Shown here: positions 54,525-64,000 of the stretch, piece by piece
How positions within the stretch are numbered: position 1 is the first letter of the stretch
Layout: every line of letters starts with the position of its first letter
Notes under the pieces: generated by a model
What the model saw: the letters and a program-made list of their open reading frames with translations, nothing else
The model's database searches: none
What the model was told of the DNA's origin: nothing
Translations under genes and position numbers: made by a program
From: Granulicella sp.
GTDB lineage: Bacteria > Acidobacteriota > Terriglobia > Terriglobales > Acidobacteriaceae
Assembly (NCBI GenBank): GCA_025357875.1
Contig: JANYLK010000030.1
Span: 1,066-65,065, forward strand
Reading direction: 5' to 3'
DNA: 64,000 nucleotides

Positions 54525-55442
54525 CTACGCAGCTGCCGCGCTCTTCATGGCAACCAGAACCTCGTCCGTCGTCCATTCATTGGTCGGATACCAAGCCCAT
54601 ACCCTACCATCCTTACCAATCAACGCCGTCGACATTGAGTGATTCAGTGACCCCGCATCCCCCGGCGTAACCCCCACGTCGAAGAACTGCTCCATAGCAC
54701 TTAGCTCATCCTCCAGCGGCGCGGCAAAGTCCCAATGCGCGAACGCCTCTCTTCCGCCACCGGTATAAATTCCGCCATAGCTCTTCAGAATCGCCGGTGT
54801 ATCAAACTTCGGATCGAAGCTGATGCTCAACAGATGCGTCCCCTTGTACATCGCCGGACTCGCCGCCAACACCCTGTCGATCTCCGCGAAATTCTTGTTC
54901 ATCCGAGGACAAAACTCCGCTAGCGGACAGCGCGTGTAGATAAACGTCAGCAACACAACACGTCCCTTGAACTGCCCAACATGAATCGCCCGCCCATCCT
55001 GATTCAGCAGCTTGAAGTCGGGCACCACATCGCCCGCGGTTGGCACGTGATATTGCACCGTGGGCTTGTAGTCCGGTTTCGCCTGTGCCGTCACCACAAT
55101 CTCATCCAACTGCGGATCCTCGTAACCGTCCGAAGTCTTTCGCACCAGCAGCTTCGCAGTGATACGGTCACCCGGATGCAACTCGCTGATGATCCCTGCG
55201 TCCTTCAATTTGTAGGACATCGTCATCGCCTCCATGAAGCCGGGGACCGCCTCATGGTTGAGCAGAATGCTTCCCTTCGCCCCATCAACGCTCATGATCT
55301 TCCCACGAATCGAAAACGTCTTCACCTCACCCGCAGCCGCACTTCCAGCCCCGCCTGGTACGCCGTTGCCCGACTGTCGACAACCAACCGCGAACCCAAG
55401 CATCAACGCCAGGCACATCCCACCTCGCCACGCAAATCGCAT
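54525..55442 (-). CDS. Lipoprotein: CusF-like copper-binding domain fused to an SCO/SenC domain
   Basis: Lipobox AVGC, CusF-like LNHEAVPGFMEAMTM, and SCO motifs FIYTRCPLAEFCP, SISFDP..DTP and NHS. Confidence 0.85.
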   Translation of the reverse strand: MRFAWRGGMCLALMLGFAVGCRQSGNGVPGGAGSAAAGEVKTFSIRGKIMSVDGAKGSILLNHEAVPGFMEAMTMSYKLKDAGIISELHPGDRITAKLLVRKTSDGYEDPQLDEIVVTAQAKPDYKPTVQYHVPTAGDVVPDFKLLNQDGRAIHVGQFKGRVVLLTFIYTRCPLAEFCPRMNKNFAEIDRVLAASPAMYKGTHLLSISFDPKFDTPAILKSYGGIYTGGGREAFAHWDFAAPLEDELSAMEQFFDVGVTPGDAGSLNHSMSTALIGKDGRVWAWYPTNEWTTDEVLVAMKSAAAA

Positions 55443-55532
55443 TCCACACTCCTGACCTCAATGATACCGGCCCCCTCGTCCGGACCGTATTTCGAACCTT
55501 TTTTCCGCCGCGTCAAGGCGTATAAAAGGCGT

Positions 55533-58313
55533 ATGCAAATATCCGCTGCGCTGCCTCCTCAAATCACGTCAGCGCTGCAACGCGGCTCGATCATCCTCAC
55601 CAGTAACCAGCGTGCCGCCCGAACCCTGCGCCACACCTTCGACTTGCAGCAATACGCCGCCGGCGTCGGCTACTGGGAGCCCCCGGCGATCTTCGCATGG
55701 GATGTTTGGCTCGATCATCTATGGAATCAACTTCTCCTCGAAGGCCATGTAGCCGACCTTTTGCTCAACCCCACCCAGGAGCAAAACCTATGGCGTGCAA
55801 TCATCGCGGCAGACACCACCACCGCCAGCCTTCGCCCCGTTGAAGCGCTCGCCGGAACTGCCTTCCACGCCTGGCAACTGCTGCACGCCTATCGAGGCCG
55901 CCGCCTTCTACAAACCTATCCAGGCAACGCGGACACCCGCGCCTTCGCCCGCTGGGCTACCGAATTCGAGCGCCGCTGCAACAAATCCAAATATTTCTCC
56001 CAAGCTCAGCTCCCGGAATTCCTTTGTACCGCCATTGCCGCGGGTCACATAACCCATCAATCCGACCTCCTGCTTGTAGGCTTCGACTCACAAACGCCCG
56101 CGCAAATCGAGCTGCTCGAAGCCCTCCGCACTTCTAGCGTTTCCATCGAACATCTCGACCAGTCACCGCTGGCAGCCACCCTCATCCTCGCCAACGCCCC
56201 CAACGAGCATGCCGAACTCAGCGCCTGCGCCCAATGGATACGCAACCGCCTCACGCATCAACCGGATTCGCGCATCGCCGTCATCGTCCCCGCGATCGAA
56301 TCGTCCCGCGCTCAGATAGATCGCGTCTTCCGCCAGATCCTTGCCCCTGAACTCAATTCCGTGGCATCCGCTTCCGGCACAGGTCCCTACGAATTTTCGC
56401 TCGGCATCCCGCTCGCACACACCCCGCTAGTCGCTACCGCGCTTGACACGTTGCGCTGGACCCTCGGCCCACTGCCGCTCGAACGCATCTGCGCCCTGCT
56501 GCTCTCCCCGCATTTCGCAACCGATAATCCGGACTCATCCTCCGAGTTCCTCGCGCGCGCGGAGTTCGACGCTTTCGTTCTTCGCGATCAGCCTCTACTC
56601 CAACCCGAGATGTCGTTCGACGTCCTCTACAAGCTCATCTCAGATTCAAGGCATCGCGCTGGCCTGCTGATCTTCCTGAAGCACCTCGCAGCCCTGCGCC
56701 CACTCTTCTCCGCACACAAGGATCTCGCCAGCACCAGGCGAGCGCACGCCGACTGGGCCGCCACCATCCACGACTTACTCGACGCCGCCGGTTGGGCCAT
56801 TCCCAGCCATCTCGACAGCATCGAATTCCAGACCCGCCGCAAGTGGGAGAGCGCCCTCGACGAACTCGCCACACTCGACTTCGACGGTGTACCCGTCACC
56901 TTCGCCGATGCTCTCGCAGCGCTCGAACGCATTGCCTCCGGAACTCTCTTCGCCCCTGAATCCCGCCACGCCCCGGCCCAGATCATGGGGCCGCTCGAAT
57001 TAGCCGGCTCTAGCTTCGACGCAGTCTGGTTCCTTCGAGCTAACGACCTTGAATGGCCATCCACGCCCGCCACCAATCCCCTGCTGCCGTGGTTTCTGCA
57101 ACGAGAACTTGCGATGCCGGGTGCCGAACCCGCTCGCGACGCTATCCATTTCCGCCGAATCACGGAGCGCATCGCGGCCAGCGCTCCCACAGTTTTCTTC
57201 AGCTACGCGCAGCAATCCGCCGACGGCCGGCAACGCGCCTCCTCCACTCTTGCTGGGCTCAACCTCGAACATCGCGATGCTTCTTTGATCGCTCCCGAAG
57301 CCCCAACCCACGCGCCCATTGAACTCGATTCGGTAGTCGACGACACGCCCATCCATCCTCCGCCAGACGGCGTCCTGCAAGGCGGCGCGGGCATTCTCCA
57401 ATCACAGGCCGCATGCGGCTTTCGCGCCTTCGCCGAGAAGCGCCTCTTCTCCTCTGCACTCGAATCTGCATCGCTTGGCCTCGATCCTCGCGAACGTGGC
57501 AGTCTCGTCCACGCCGTTCTGGAAAACCTTTGGGCTGAAGTCAAAAACCAGGCCACGCTAAAAGCGATGCCCCGCGAAGAGCGTGTCGCGCAGCTCAACC
57601 GTTCCATCGATATTGCCTTCGCTAGGAACTACGCACGCCCGGCCGCTGGCTGGCCCCGCGCCTACATCGACGCCGAGCGCCAGCGCCTGCTCAGCCTTCT
57701 GCTCGATTGGCTCCAGTTTGAGGCCGATCACCGCAAGCCCTTCGTCGTCACGCAGCGCGAAGAGAAGCTCAGTGATGTTTCGATCGGTCCCCTCCGCCTC
57801 GACATCCGCGTCGACCGTATCGACACCAACCTCAACGCCGGTGAGCCCGGCGGTGACATCATCCTCGACTACAAGACCGGTGCCGCCACTCCGCGGGACT
57901 GGCTGGGCCCGCGCCCCGACGCGCCGCAGCTTCCGCTCTACGCCGTCGTCGCCAACAACACGGACCTTGCCGCTGTCGTTTTCGCCACCGTCCGTCCCGG
58001 CACTCTTATGGGTATCGCCGGCTACGAAGCCGGAGGCAATGGCCAAAGCGGTATCCTCCCCAAACCCGCGAAGCTCAATGCAGTCAGTCTCGCCGCGCAG
58101 GTGGACGAGTGGCGTGGGGTCCTCACCTCGCTCGCCGAGCAGTTCCACGACGGCGACGCCAGCGTCCTGCCCAAGCACTATCCGCAGACATGCCAGTACT
58201 GCGAGCAGCGCTTGCTCTGCCGCCTCAATCCGTCGGCCCTCGACCCCGACATCCTTGAAGAGACCGAAGAAGAGTCCGATGCCTTCGCCACGCAGGAGTC
58301 TGACTTTGTCTAA
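55533..58313 (+). CDS. addB: AddB-like subunit: inactive helicase fold + PD-(D/E)XK nuclease with Fe-S cysteines
   Basis: No Walker A. RVDRID..IILDYKTG and PQLPLYA nuclease motifs. Cys in ACGFRAF and CQYCx5C. Start ATG 55533. Confidence 0.85.
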   Translation: MQISAALPPQITSALQRGSIILTSNQRAARTLRHTFDLQQYAAGVGYWEPPAIFAWDVWLDHLWNQLLLEGHVADLLLNPTQEQNLWRAIIAADTTTASLRPVEALAGTAFHAWQLLHAYRGRRLLQTYPGNADTRAFARWATEFERRCNKSKYFSQAQLPEFLCTAIAAGHITHQSDLLLVGFDSQTPAQIELLEALRTSSVSIEHLDQSPLAATLILANAPNEHAELSACAQWIRNRLTHQPDSRIAVIVPAIESSRAQIDRVFRQILAPELNSVASASGTGPYEFSLGIPLAHTPLVATALDTLRWTLGPLPLERICALLLSPHFATDNPDSSSEFLARAEFDAFVLRDQPLLQPEMSFDVLYKLISDSRHRAGLLIFLKHLAALRPLFSAHKDLASTRRAHADWAATIHDLLDAAGWAIPSHLDSIEFQTRRKWESALDELATLDFDGVPVTFADALAALERIASGTLFAPESRHAPAQIMGPLELAGSSFDAVWFLRANDLEWPSTPATNPLLPWFLQRELAMPGAEPARDAIHFRRITERIAASAPTVFFSYAQQSADGRQRASSTLAGLNLEHRDASLIAPEAPTHAPIELDSVVDDTPIHPPPDGVLQGGAGILQSQAACGFRAFAEKRLFSSALESASLGLDPRERGSLVHAVLENLWAEVKNQATLKAMPREERVAQLNRSIDIAFARNYARPAAGWPRAYIDAERQRLLSLLLDWLQFEADHRKPFVVTQREEKLSDVSIGPLRLDIRVDRIDTNLNAGEPGGDIILDYKTGAATPRDWLGPRPDAPQLPLYAVVANNTDLAAVVFATVRPGTLMGIAGYEAGGNGQSGILPKPAKLNAVSLAAQVDEWRGVLTSLAEQFHDGDASVLPKHYPQTCQYCEQRLLCRLNPSALDPDILEETEEESDAFATQESDFV

Positions 58314-61300
58314 GATTCTTTCTTTCCTTCCCCTTTTCGATTCGACCCTTACGATCGAAGCACACCCGCCGCCCTCGCCGACCGCGCTTGTCCCACCCGA
58401 TACCGCCGCTCGTGCCGAAGCCCTAGACATTCGCCGTTCCTTCATCGTCGAAGCCCCCGCCGGCTCGGGCAAGACCGGCCTGCTCATCCAGCGCTTCCTC
58501 AAGCTGCTCACGGACGAAACCGTTACCGCGCCAGAGCAAGTGCTTGCGATCACATTCACCCTCGCAGCCACGGCAGAGATGCGCGACCGCGTTATTGCGC
58601 ACCTGGAATCAGTCCGCAGAGGCTCCGGCTCCGCCACCGCATCCCCCTTCGATTGCCAAACTCGCGAGCTTGCCGCCGAAGTGTTGGAGCGTGACCGCCA
58701 ACTCGACTGGTCGCTGCTCGATCATCCGCAACGCCTCAACATACGCACCATTGACTCCGTCTGCGCCCAGATCGCGCGCACTCTGCCGGTACTCTCCGGC
58801 AGCGGCGGCCACCTCACTCCGGCCGACGACGCCAACCCTCTTCACCGCGAAGCCGCACGCCGCACTTTACTCCTGCTCGGCAACGAAGACGCAGAATGCA
58901 ACACCGCTCTGCGCAATCTCCTGCTCCATCGCGACGGCAACCTCGACGACTGCGAAGCACTTATCGCCAACATGCTCAGCCTGCGCGATCAGTGGGGCAA
59001 ACTTGTTCCGCTTGCCCAGCGCGAGCTCGGCGATGCTTACCTCGACGGCGAAGTTCTGCCGCGCCTCGAACTCGCCCTCGATCACGTCATCTGCTCGCAG
59101 CTCTCTCGCCTCGAACAGGTCTTTCCTTCCAACGTGCTCGCCGAACTCACCACCCTCGCCGCTGAACTAGGTACATTCGATGGCTACAACGGAGCCCCTT
59201 CTCCCATCGCTGCCTGCTGCGGCCTTAACCAGCCTCCAAAGGCCGTCGCCGCCCACCTTGAGCACTGGCGGGCACTCGTCCACGTCCTACTTACTGGCGG
59301 CAAAGCATGGCGCAAAGGCTTCAACGTAAACAACGTCGGATTCGAGCATGAAAAGCACCACAAAGCCCAACTCAAGGCAATCATCGACCAGTTGAGTGAT
59401 CGCGATGACCTGCTCGAGGTGCTCTGTACCGTTCGCGGCCTTCCTCCCGCCCAATACCCCCCAGACCAATGGGCTGTCGCCAAGTCTCTGTTCCGCATCC
59501 TAAGGCACGCCCTCGTCGAGCTTCAACTCGTCTTCGCCGCCCACAATCGATGCGACTTTACGGAGCTCAGCCTGCTTGCCCGCCATGCGCTCAACGAGGA
59601 CTCCGGCGCGGACGACCTCGCCGCAGCTCTCGGCGCACAACTCCAGCATCTGCTCGTCGACGAGATGCAGGATACCTCCACCGGTCAGTACGACCTCATC
59701 GAGATGCTCACCAAGTCCTGGGATGGCTCTTCGCAGACCGTCTTCCTGGTCGGCGATCCACGCCAGTCCATCTATCTTTTCCGCCAGGCCCGCGTCGAGC
59801 GCTTCATGCGCGCAACCCGAACCGGTCTTCTCGGCACGCTGCCCCTCACTCGCCTTCAACTTACCGCGAACTTCCGCTCGCAGCACGACCTTGTCGCTCG
59901 CTTCAACGATGACTTCGCCCTCATCTTCCCGCAGCCCGTAGCCGCCGACCCCTACGCACTGCCCTACTCGGCCGCCGACTCCACTGTTCCCGCATCGCCG
60001 GACGCGCGCGCCCTGGTGTGGCATCCCCATTCACTGCCGTACGTGCCTCGTACAAACTTAGCGACAGCCGGAATGTTTCCCACGATTGCCCAGCTACGCC
60101 ACCATCAGGCTGCCCTCGACGCCCGCGAAATCCGTCGTGTAGCCCAGCAGTGGTTCTCTAAACCCCTGCCTACGGGCCGCACCAAGCCGTGGACTCTAGC
60201 TGTCCTCGTTCGCAGCCGCAGTCACCTCGTCGAGATCGTCGCCGAGTTTGAGAACAACAAACTCGGTAAGCTTCCCTACCGTGCGGTCGAAATCACGCCA
60301 CTCAACGAGCGCCAGGAAATCCTCGACCTCACGGCGCTTACCCGAGCCCTTCTTCACCCCGCCGACCGCGTCGTCGCACTCGCCGTACTCCGCGCCCCCT
60401 GGTGTGGCCTCTCGCTCGCAGACCTGCACACACTTACCGGATCGGACGACCCAAGCACCAAGCGCCAGTCCATACGTCGGCTGATTGCCGACCGCGGGCA
60501 CTTGCTGCCCGATGATTCCCTGCGCGGGCTATCCCGCGTCCACGCCGTTCTCGAGGCAGCAGTTGCCCAGCGTTCTCGACTCACCACATCTCAACTTGTC
60601 GAACGCGCATGGCGCTCGCTTGGCGGGGATGCGTGGCTCAGCTCGACTGAGCTAGTCAATGCTCGCCGCTTCTTCCAACTGCTTGACTCGCTCGAAGCTC
60701 CCGGCGGCATCGATCCTGCGCTGCTCGACCTGCGCCTGCAAAAGCTCTACGCCGAACCCAACTCCATCCCTGACGGCATTCCCAGCGTCGAACTCCTCAC
60801 CATGCACAACGCCAAGGGCCGGGAGTGGGATGTGGTATTCCTCCCCGCGCTCGAACGCATGCCAGGCACAAACAAGACGCGCCTGCTGAATTGGGCGGAG
60901 GTCGGCTCACCCGACGATCTGGAGGACGACGCCGCTCATGTGATGCTCGCCCCCATCGCGGGTCGCGGCGAACAATCAAAGGCGCTCAACACGTGGCTCA
61001 GGAGCGTCGAATTCGCCCGGGAAGCCGCCGAACGCAAACGCCTCTTCTACGTCGCCTGCACGCGCGCTCGCGAAGAGCTACACATCTTCGCCACTCCGGA
61101 AACCAAGGTCAACGGCGCCCTCAATCCCCATTGGCTCAGCCTGCTGAATTCTGCGTGGCCCGCCGCCAAACCGCACTTCCAACTCCCCGCCGCCGACGCC
61201 CAAAAGAAGCCAGCCGCGCCCGTCGACACCCCAGCGCTGGCCCTCGCCGCCGCAGCGGAAGACTGGCCGCGTCCCATGCTCCAGCGCCTTCCTCTCTCAT

Positions 61301-62025
61301 TTAATCCGGAGACCCGCTTCGTTGAAGCGCGCACCCACAAGCTCCCCTACGGAGACCCCGATGCCGGCGCCAGCTCGGCACATGCCCCATTCTCCCGCCC
61401 TGAAGGCTCGTTTGCCGCACGCTCCTTTGGAAACGCAGTCCATGCTTTCCTCGACGTTCTCTCCAATCGCATTCTCAACAGCAGCACTGCATCTGCCCTC
61501 CTCGCCGAACTCCTGTCGTGGACTCCGCGCATCGCTGCCATGCTGCGCGCCGATGGCCTTCCTCGCGCAACCGTCGACAAACTCACCCGCGAGGCTCGCA
61601 CCGCTCTCGAGAACACCTTGCGCGATTCAGACGGTCTCTGGCTGCTCGCCCCGCAAACCCACTCCGCAAGCGAATTCGCCATAACGTCCTGGCGTGACTC
61701 GCCCGACATCGATGGCCAATCACCCATACGCCCCACTTCAATTCGAATCGACCGCGTCTATCACGCCGGCCCCGAGCCCCACGCGCCAGGTGATGATTTC
61801 CTTTGGATCGTCGACTACAAGACCACCACGCATAGCGCAGCAGGCCTCGACGCATTTCTCAACGAGCAGCGAACAGTCTACGGCCGACAGCTCGAAACGT
61901 ACGCCCGCATCGTAGCTCCGGCGCGCTCCATCTCTCTCGACAAAGTTCGTCTCGCTCTTTACTTTCCCACGCTGCCCCGCCTTGTCTGGTGGAAGTCCTT
62001 ACCCACGACCAACAACCAGCCCTAA
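58306..62025 (+). CDS. addA: AddA-like UvrD/REP helicase-nuclease
   Basis: TTG start with AGGAG RBS, overlapping the addB end. APAGSGKT, LLVDEMQDTS, VGDPRQSIYLFR, NFRS, TMHNAKG.EW, LFYVACTRA, IDR..VDYKT and QLETY. Confidence 0.9.
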   Translation: MSKILSFLPLFDSTLTIEAHPPPSPTALVPPDTAARAEALDIRRSFIVEAPAGSGKTGLLIQRFLKLLTDETVTAPEQVLAITFTLAATAEMRDRVIAHLESVRRGSGSATASPFDCQTRELAAEVLERDRQLDWSLLDHPQRLNIRTIDSVCAQIARTLPVLSGSGGHLTPADDANPLHREAARRTLLLLGNEDAECNTALRNLLLHRDGNLDDCEALIANMLSLRDQWGKLVPLAQRELGDAYLDGEVLPRLELALDHVICSQLSRLEQVFPSNVLAELTTLAAELGTFDGYNGAPSPIAACCGLNQPPKAVAAHLEHWRALVHVLLTGGKAWRKGFNVNNVGFEHEKHHKAQLKAIIDQLSDRDDLLEVLCTVRGLPPAQYPPDQWAVAKSLFRILRHALVELQLVFAAHNRCDFTELSLLARHALNEDSGADDLAAALGAQLQHLLVDEMQDTSTGQYDLIEMLTKSWDGSSQTVFLVGDPRQSIYLFRQARVERFMRATRTGLLGTLPLTRLQLTANFRSQHDLVARFNDDFALIFPQPVAADPYALPYSAADSTVPASPDARALVWHPHSLPYVPRTNLATAGMFPTIAQLRHHQAALDAREIRRVAQQWFSKPLPTGRTKPWTLAVLVRSRSHLVEIVAEFENNKLGKLPYRAVEITPLNERQEILDLTALTRALLHPADRVVALAVLRAPWCGLSLADLHTLTGSDDPSTKRQSIRRLIADRGHLLPDDSLRGLSRVHAVLEAAVAQRSRLTTSQLVERAWRSLGGDAWLSSTELVNARRFFQLLDSLEAPGGIDPALLDLRLQKLYAEPNSIPDGIPSVELLTMHNAKGREWDVVFLPALERMPGTNKTRLLNWAEVGSPDDLEDDAAHVMLAPIAGRGEQSKALNTWLRSVEFAREAAERKRLFYVACTRAREELHIFATPETKVNGALNPHWLSLLNSAWPAAKPHFQLPAADAQKKPAAPVDTPALALAAAAEDWPRPMLQRLPLSFNPETRFVEARTHKLPYGDPDAGASSAHAPFSRPEGSFAARSFGNAVHAFLDVLSNRILNSSTASALLAELLSWTPRIAAMLRADGLPRATVDKLTREARTALENTLRDSDGLWLLAPQTHSASEFAITSWRDSPDIDGQSPIRPTSIRIDRVYHAGPEPHAPGDDFLWIVDYKTTTHSAAGLDAFLNEQRTVYGRQLETYARIVAPARSISLDKVRLALYFPTLPRLVWWKSLPTTNNQP

Positions 62026-62693
62026 GGTACTGGACTATTGCGGTGGCGCACATCCTTGCCGCGCACCCAGAAGATGACGTCCTCCGCGATGTTGGTCGCG
62101 TGGTCGCCCACCCGCTCCAAATTTCGCGCGATGATCAGCGCATTCAAACTCTGCGGCGTCAACTCCGGCTTATCTTTGATCAGCGTACTCAGAGCATAAA
62201 ACGCCGCGTCGTTCATCTCGTCGACCTGGTCATCCAGCAAAAGCACCGAATGCGCCAACTCGGCGTCCGCTTCGATAAACGCTTGCAGTGCCTTGCGCAC
62301 CATCGCCGACGACAGAGACGCCAGCTTTGGAATGTCGACGGGTAAATCAATATTTGCGAACGCGCCCATCTCGCGCACTCTCACCGCGATATTCACCGCC
62401 TGGTCGCCCACGCGTTCCAGGTCTGCGTTGATGCGGATGACTGATAGGATGAATCGCAGGTCAATCGCCATCGGCTGTTCCATCGCCAGCAGATCAAGCG
62501 CCATCTGATCGATCTCTCGCTCCAGCCGATTGATTAGCGGCTCCGATTGAAAGACCATCTCGCAGATCGAGAGATCACGCGTGCTATACGCTTCGATCGA
62601 CCGCTGGATCGCCTGTTCCGCCATGCCGGCCATAATCAAAAGCCGCTCTTTTAGATCGTCGAGGTTCTGCTGAAACTTGATGCGCGTAGCCAT
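62022..62693 (-). CDS. phoU: Phosphate signalling regulator PhoU
   Basis: Duplicated helical repeats: QPMAIDLR..DLERVGDQAVNIA and RNLERVGDHATNIAE. Confidence 0.95.
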   Translation of the reverse strand: MATRIKFQQNLDDLKERLLIMAGMAEQAIQRSIEAYSTRDLSICEMVFQSEPLINRLEREIDQMALDLLAMEQPMAIDLRFILSVIRINADLERVGDQAVNIAVRVREMGAFANIDLPVDIPKLASLSSAMVRKALQAFIEADAELAHSVLLLDDQVDEMNDAAFYALSTLIKDKPELTPQSLNALIIARNLERVGDHATNIAEDVIFWVRGKDVRHRNSPVP

Positions 62694-63452
62694 CTAGCCG
62701 AACCTCCCCGTGATGTAATCTTCCGTCCGCTTGTCCTTTGGATTTGTAAAAATCTTATGCGTCGAGTCGAATTCAACCATCTTACCGTTCAGAAAAAAGC
62801 CTGTATTCTCCGCCACACGTGCGGCCTGCTGCATATTATGCGTCACAATCACGATCGTATATTGACTCTTCAGCTGAAAGATCAAATCCTCAATCTTCGA
62901 AGTCGACACCGGATCTAGTGCGGAGGCCGGCTCATCCATCAGCAACACTTCGGGATCGACCGCGAGAGCGCGAGCAATGCACATCCTCTGCTGCTGCCCG
63001 CCGGAAAGACTCGCACCCGACTTCTTTTTCAGATCGTCCTTCACCTCTTCCCACAGCGCTGCCGACTTCAAACTTCGTTCTACCGTTTCATCAAGGATCG
63101 CCCGGTTGCGGAAACCATTCAACTTTAGCCCACTCGCTACATTGTCATAAATCGACATCGTCGGAAACGGATTCGGCCTCTGAAACACCATCCCCACGCG
63201 CCGTCGAATCTCTACCGGGCTCGCATCCTTGTAGATGTCCAGATCGCCCATCTTCACCGTACCAGTAGCACGCGCGATCGGGTTAGTCTCGTGCATCCGA
63301 TTCAGGCAGCGAACGAAGGTACTCTTCCCGCATCCCGACGGTCCGATCAGCGCAGTCGCGTGGTTTGCCGGAATGTTCAGATTGATGTCCTGCAGCGTGT
63401 GCGTCGTCCCATACCACGCGTTCAGGTGCTCTACGTTGATCCCGACTCCCAC
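62694..63452 (-). CDS. pstB: Phosphate ABC transporter ATPase PstB
   Basis: [42 protein letters not shown] and [10 protein letters not shown]. Confidence 0.96.
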   Translation of the reverse strand: MGVGINVEHLNAWYGTTHTLQDINLNIPANHATALIGPSGCGKSTFVRCLNRMHETNPIARATGTVKMGDLDIYKDASPVEIRRRVGMVFQRPNPFPTMSIYDNVASGLKLNGFRNRAILDETVERSLKSAALWEEVKDDLKKKSGASLSGGQQQRMCIARALAVDPEVLLMDEPASALDPVSTSKIEDLIFQLKSQYTIVIVTHNMQQAARVAENTGFFLNGKMVEFDSTHKIFTNPKDKRTEDYITGRFG

Positions 63453-64000
63453 TTAGCTTGCCCCCTTCAACACACCGCGGCTTGCGTAAATCCGCACCAG
63501 CGATACTGCCACCATAATCATCACAATCAATACCAGCGAGCCTGCCCATGCGAGCCGATGAAATTCGTCGTATGGGGAAAGGGCGTAAGCGTAAATCTGA
63601 AGTGGCAGCGCTGCAATCGGCTCCGTCAACTTGTAGCTCCAGAACTGGTTGCCCAGCGCAGTAAACAGCAGCGGTGCCGTCTCGCCCGCGACTCGAGCAA
63701 ACGCCAGCATGCAGCCGGTAATGATTCCCGGCGACGCTGTCTTCAGGCTCACCGAAAGCACCGTACGCCATTTGGGCACGCCCAGTCCCAATGCCGCCTC
63801 TCGAATCGCATGAGGCACTGTTGCGAGCATCTCTTCCGTCGTGCGCGTGATTGTCGGCACCATCATCACTGCCAACGCCACTCCGCCCGCAAAAGCTGAA
63901 AAATGCTTCTGCTGCATCACAATCAGCGAGTAGATCGCAATGCCCATCACAATCGACGGCACCCCATTCAGCACGTCGGCCGTGAAACGGATTGCGGTCG
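63453..64000 (-). CDS. pstA: Phosphate ABC transporter permease PstA (5' end outside the window)
   Basis: GVPSIVMG, EAALGLG..KW and ARVAGETAPLLFT. Confidence 0.93.
   Translation of the reverse strand, partial: TAIRFTADVLNGVPSIVMGIAIYSLIVMQQKHFSAFAGGVALAVMMVPTITRTTEEMLATVPHAIREAALGLGVPKWRTVLSVSLKTASPGIITGCMLAFARVAGETAPLLFTALGNQFWSYKLTEPIAALPLQIYAYALSPYDEFHRLAWAGSLVLIVMIMVAVSLVRIYASRGVLKGAS

Noticed and set aside
54981-55532. Long 5' extension of the addB ORF (and 57583-58305 for addA)
   Set aside because: These overlap real genes (the SCO gene and addB). Better starts with homology-like N-termini or an RBS are at 55533 and 58306.

Overview
The window looks like part of an Acidobacteriota (probably Acidobacteriaceae) chromosome. 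This is inferred from gene content and protein style, not from a database search. It has three zones. (1) 1-7.1 kb is an accessory or decaying zone: two divergent paralogous helical proteins, a double-domain KaiC-like ATPase and a PAS histidine kinase, then relics of a second kinase, a type I restriction HsdR and a tyrosine integrase. (2) 7.1-21.9 kb is an accessory nutrient or surface block: an ankyrin protein coupled to a 1690-aa GH113 glycosidase with tandem Ig-like repeats and a C-terminal membrane or sorting-like tail, then GntR, a threonine-synthase-like enzyme, a DAACS symporter, an Oar-like TonB-dependent receptor and a Tat-exported amidase. (3) 22-64 kb is core-like: secG, an MBL hydrolase, an aminotransferase, uxaC, a hopanoid operon (ispH-shc-hpnH-unknown-hpnA-hpnG-Zn dehydrogenase-membrane protein), a 52-aa metallothionein-like protein, recN, a complete tol-pal operon, NUDIX, an NRAMP-like transporter plus a free-standing MgtE cytosolic domain, rsbW/rsbV, lemA/TPM, DUF4142, ptrB, an ABC exporter, a CusF-SCO fusion, addAB and phoU-pstB-pstA (partial). 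I saw no CRISPR array, rRNA or intact tRNA. The best candidates for undescribed biology are the KaiC-like signalling module and the extra genes in the hopanoid operon. All family calls are by-eye motif recognition.
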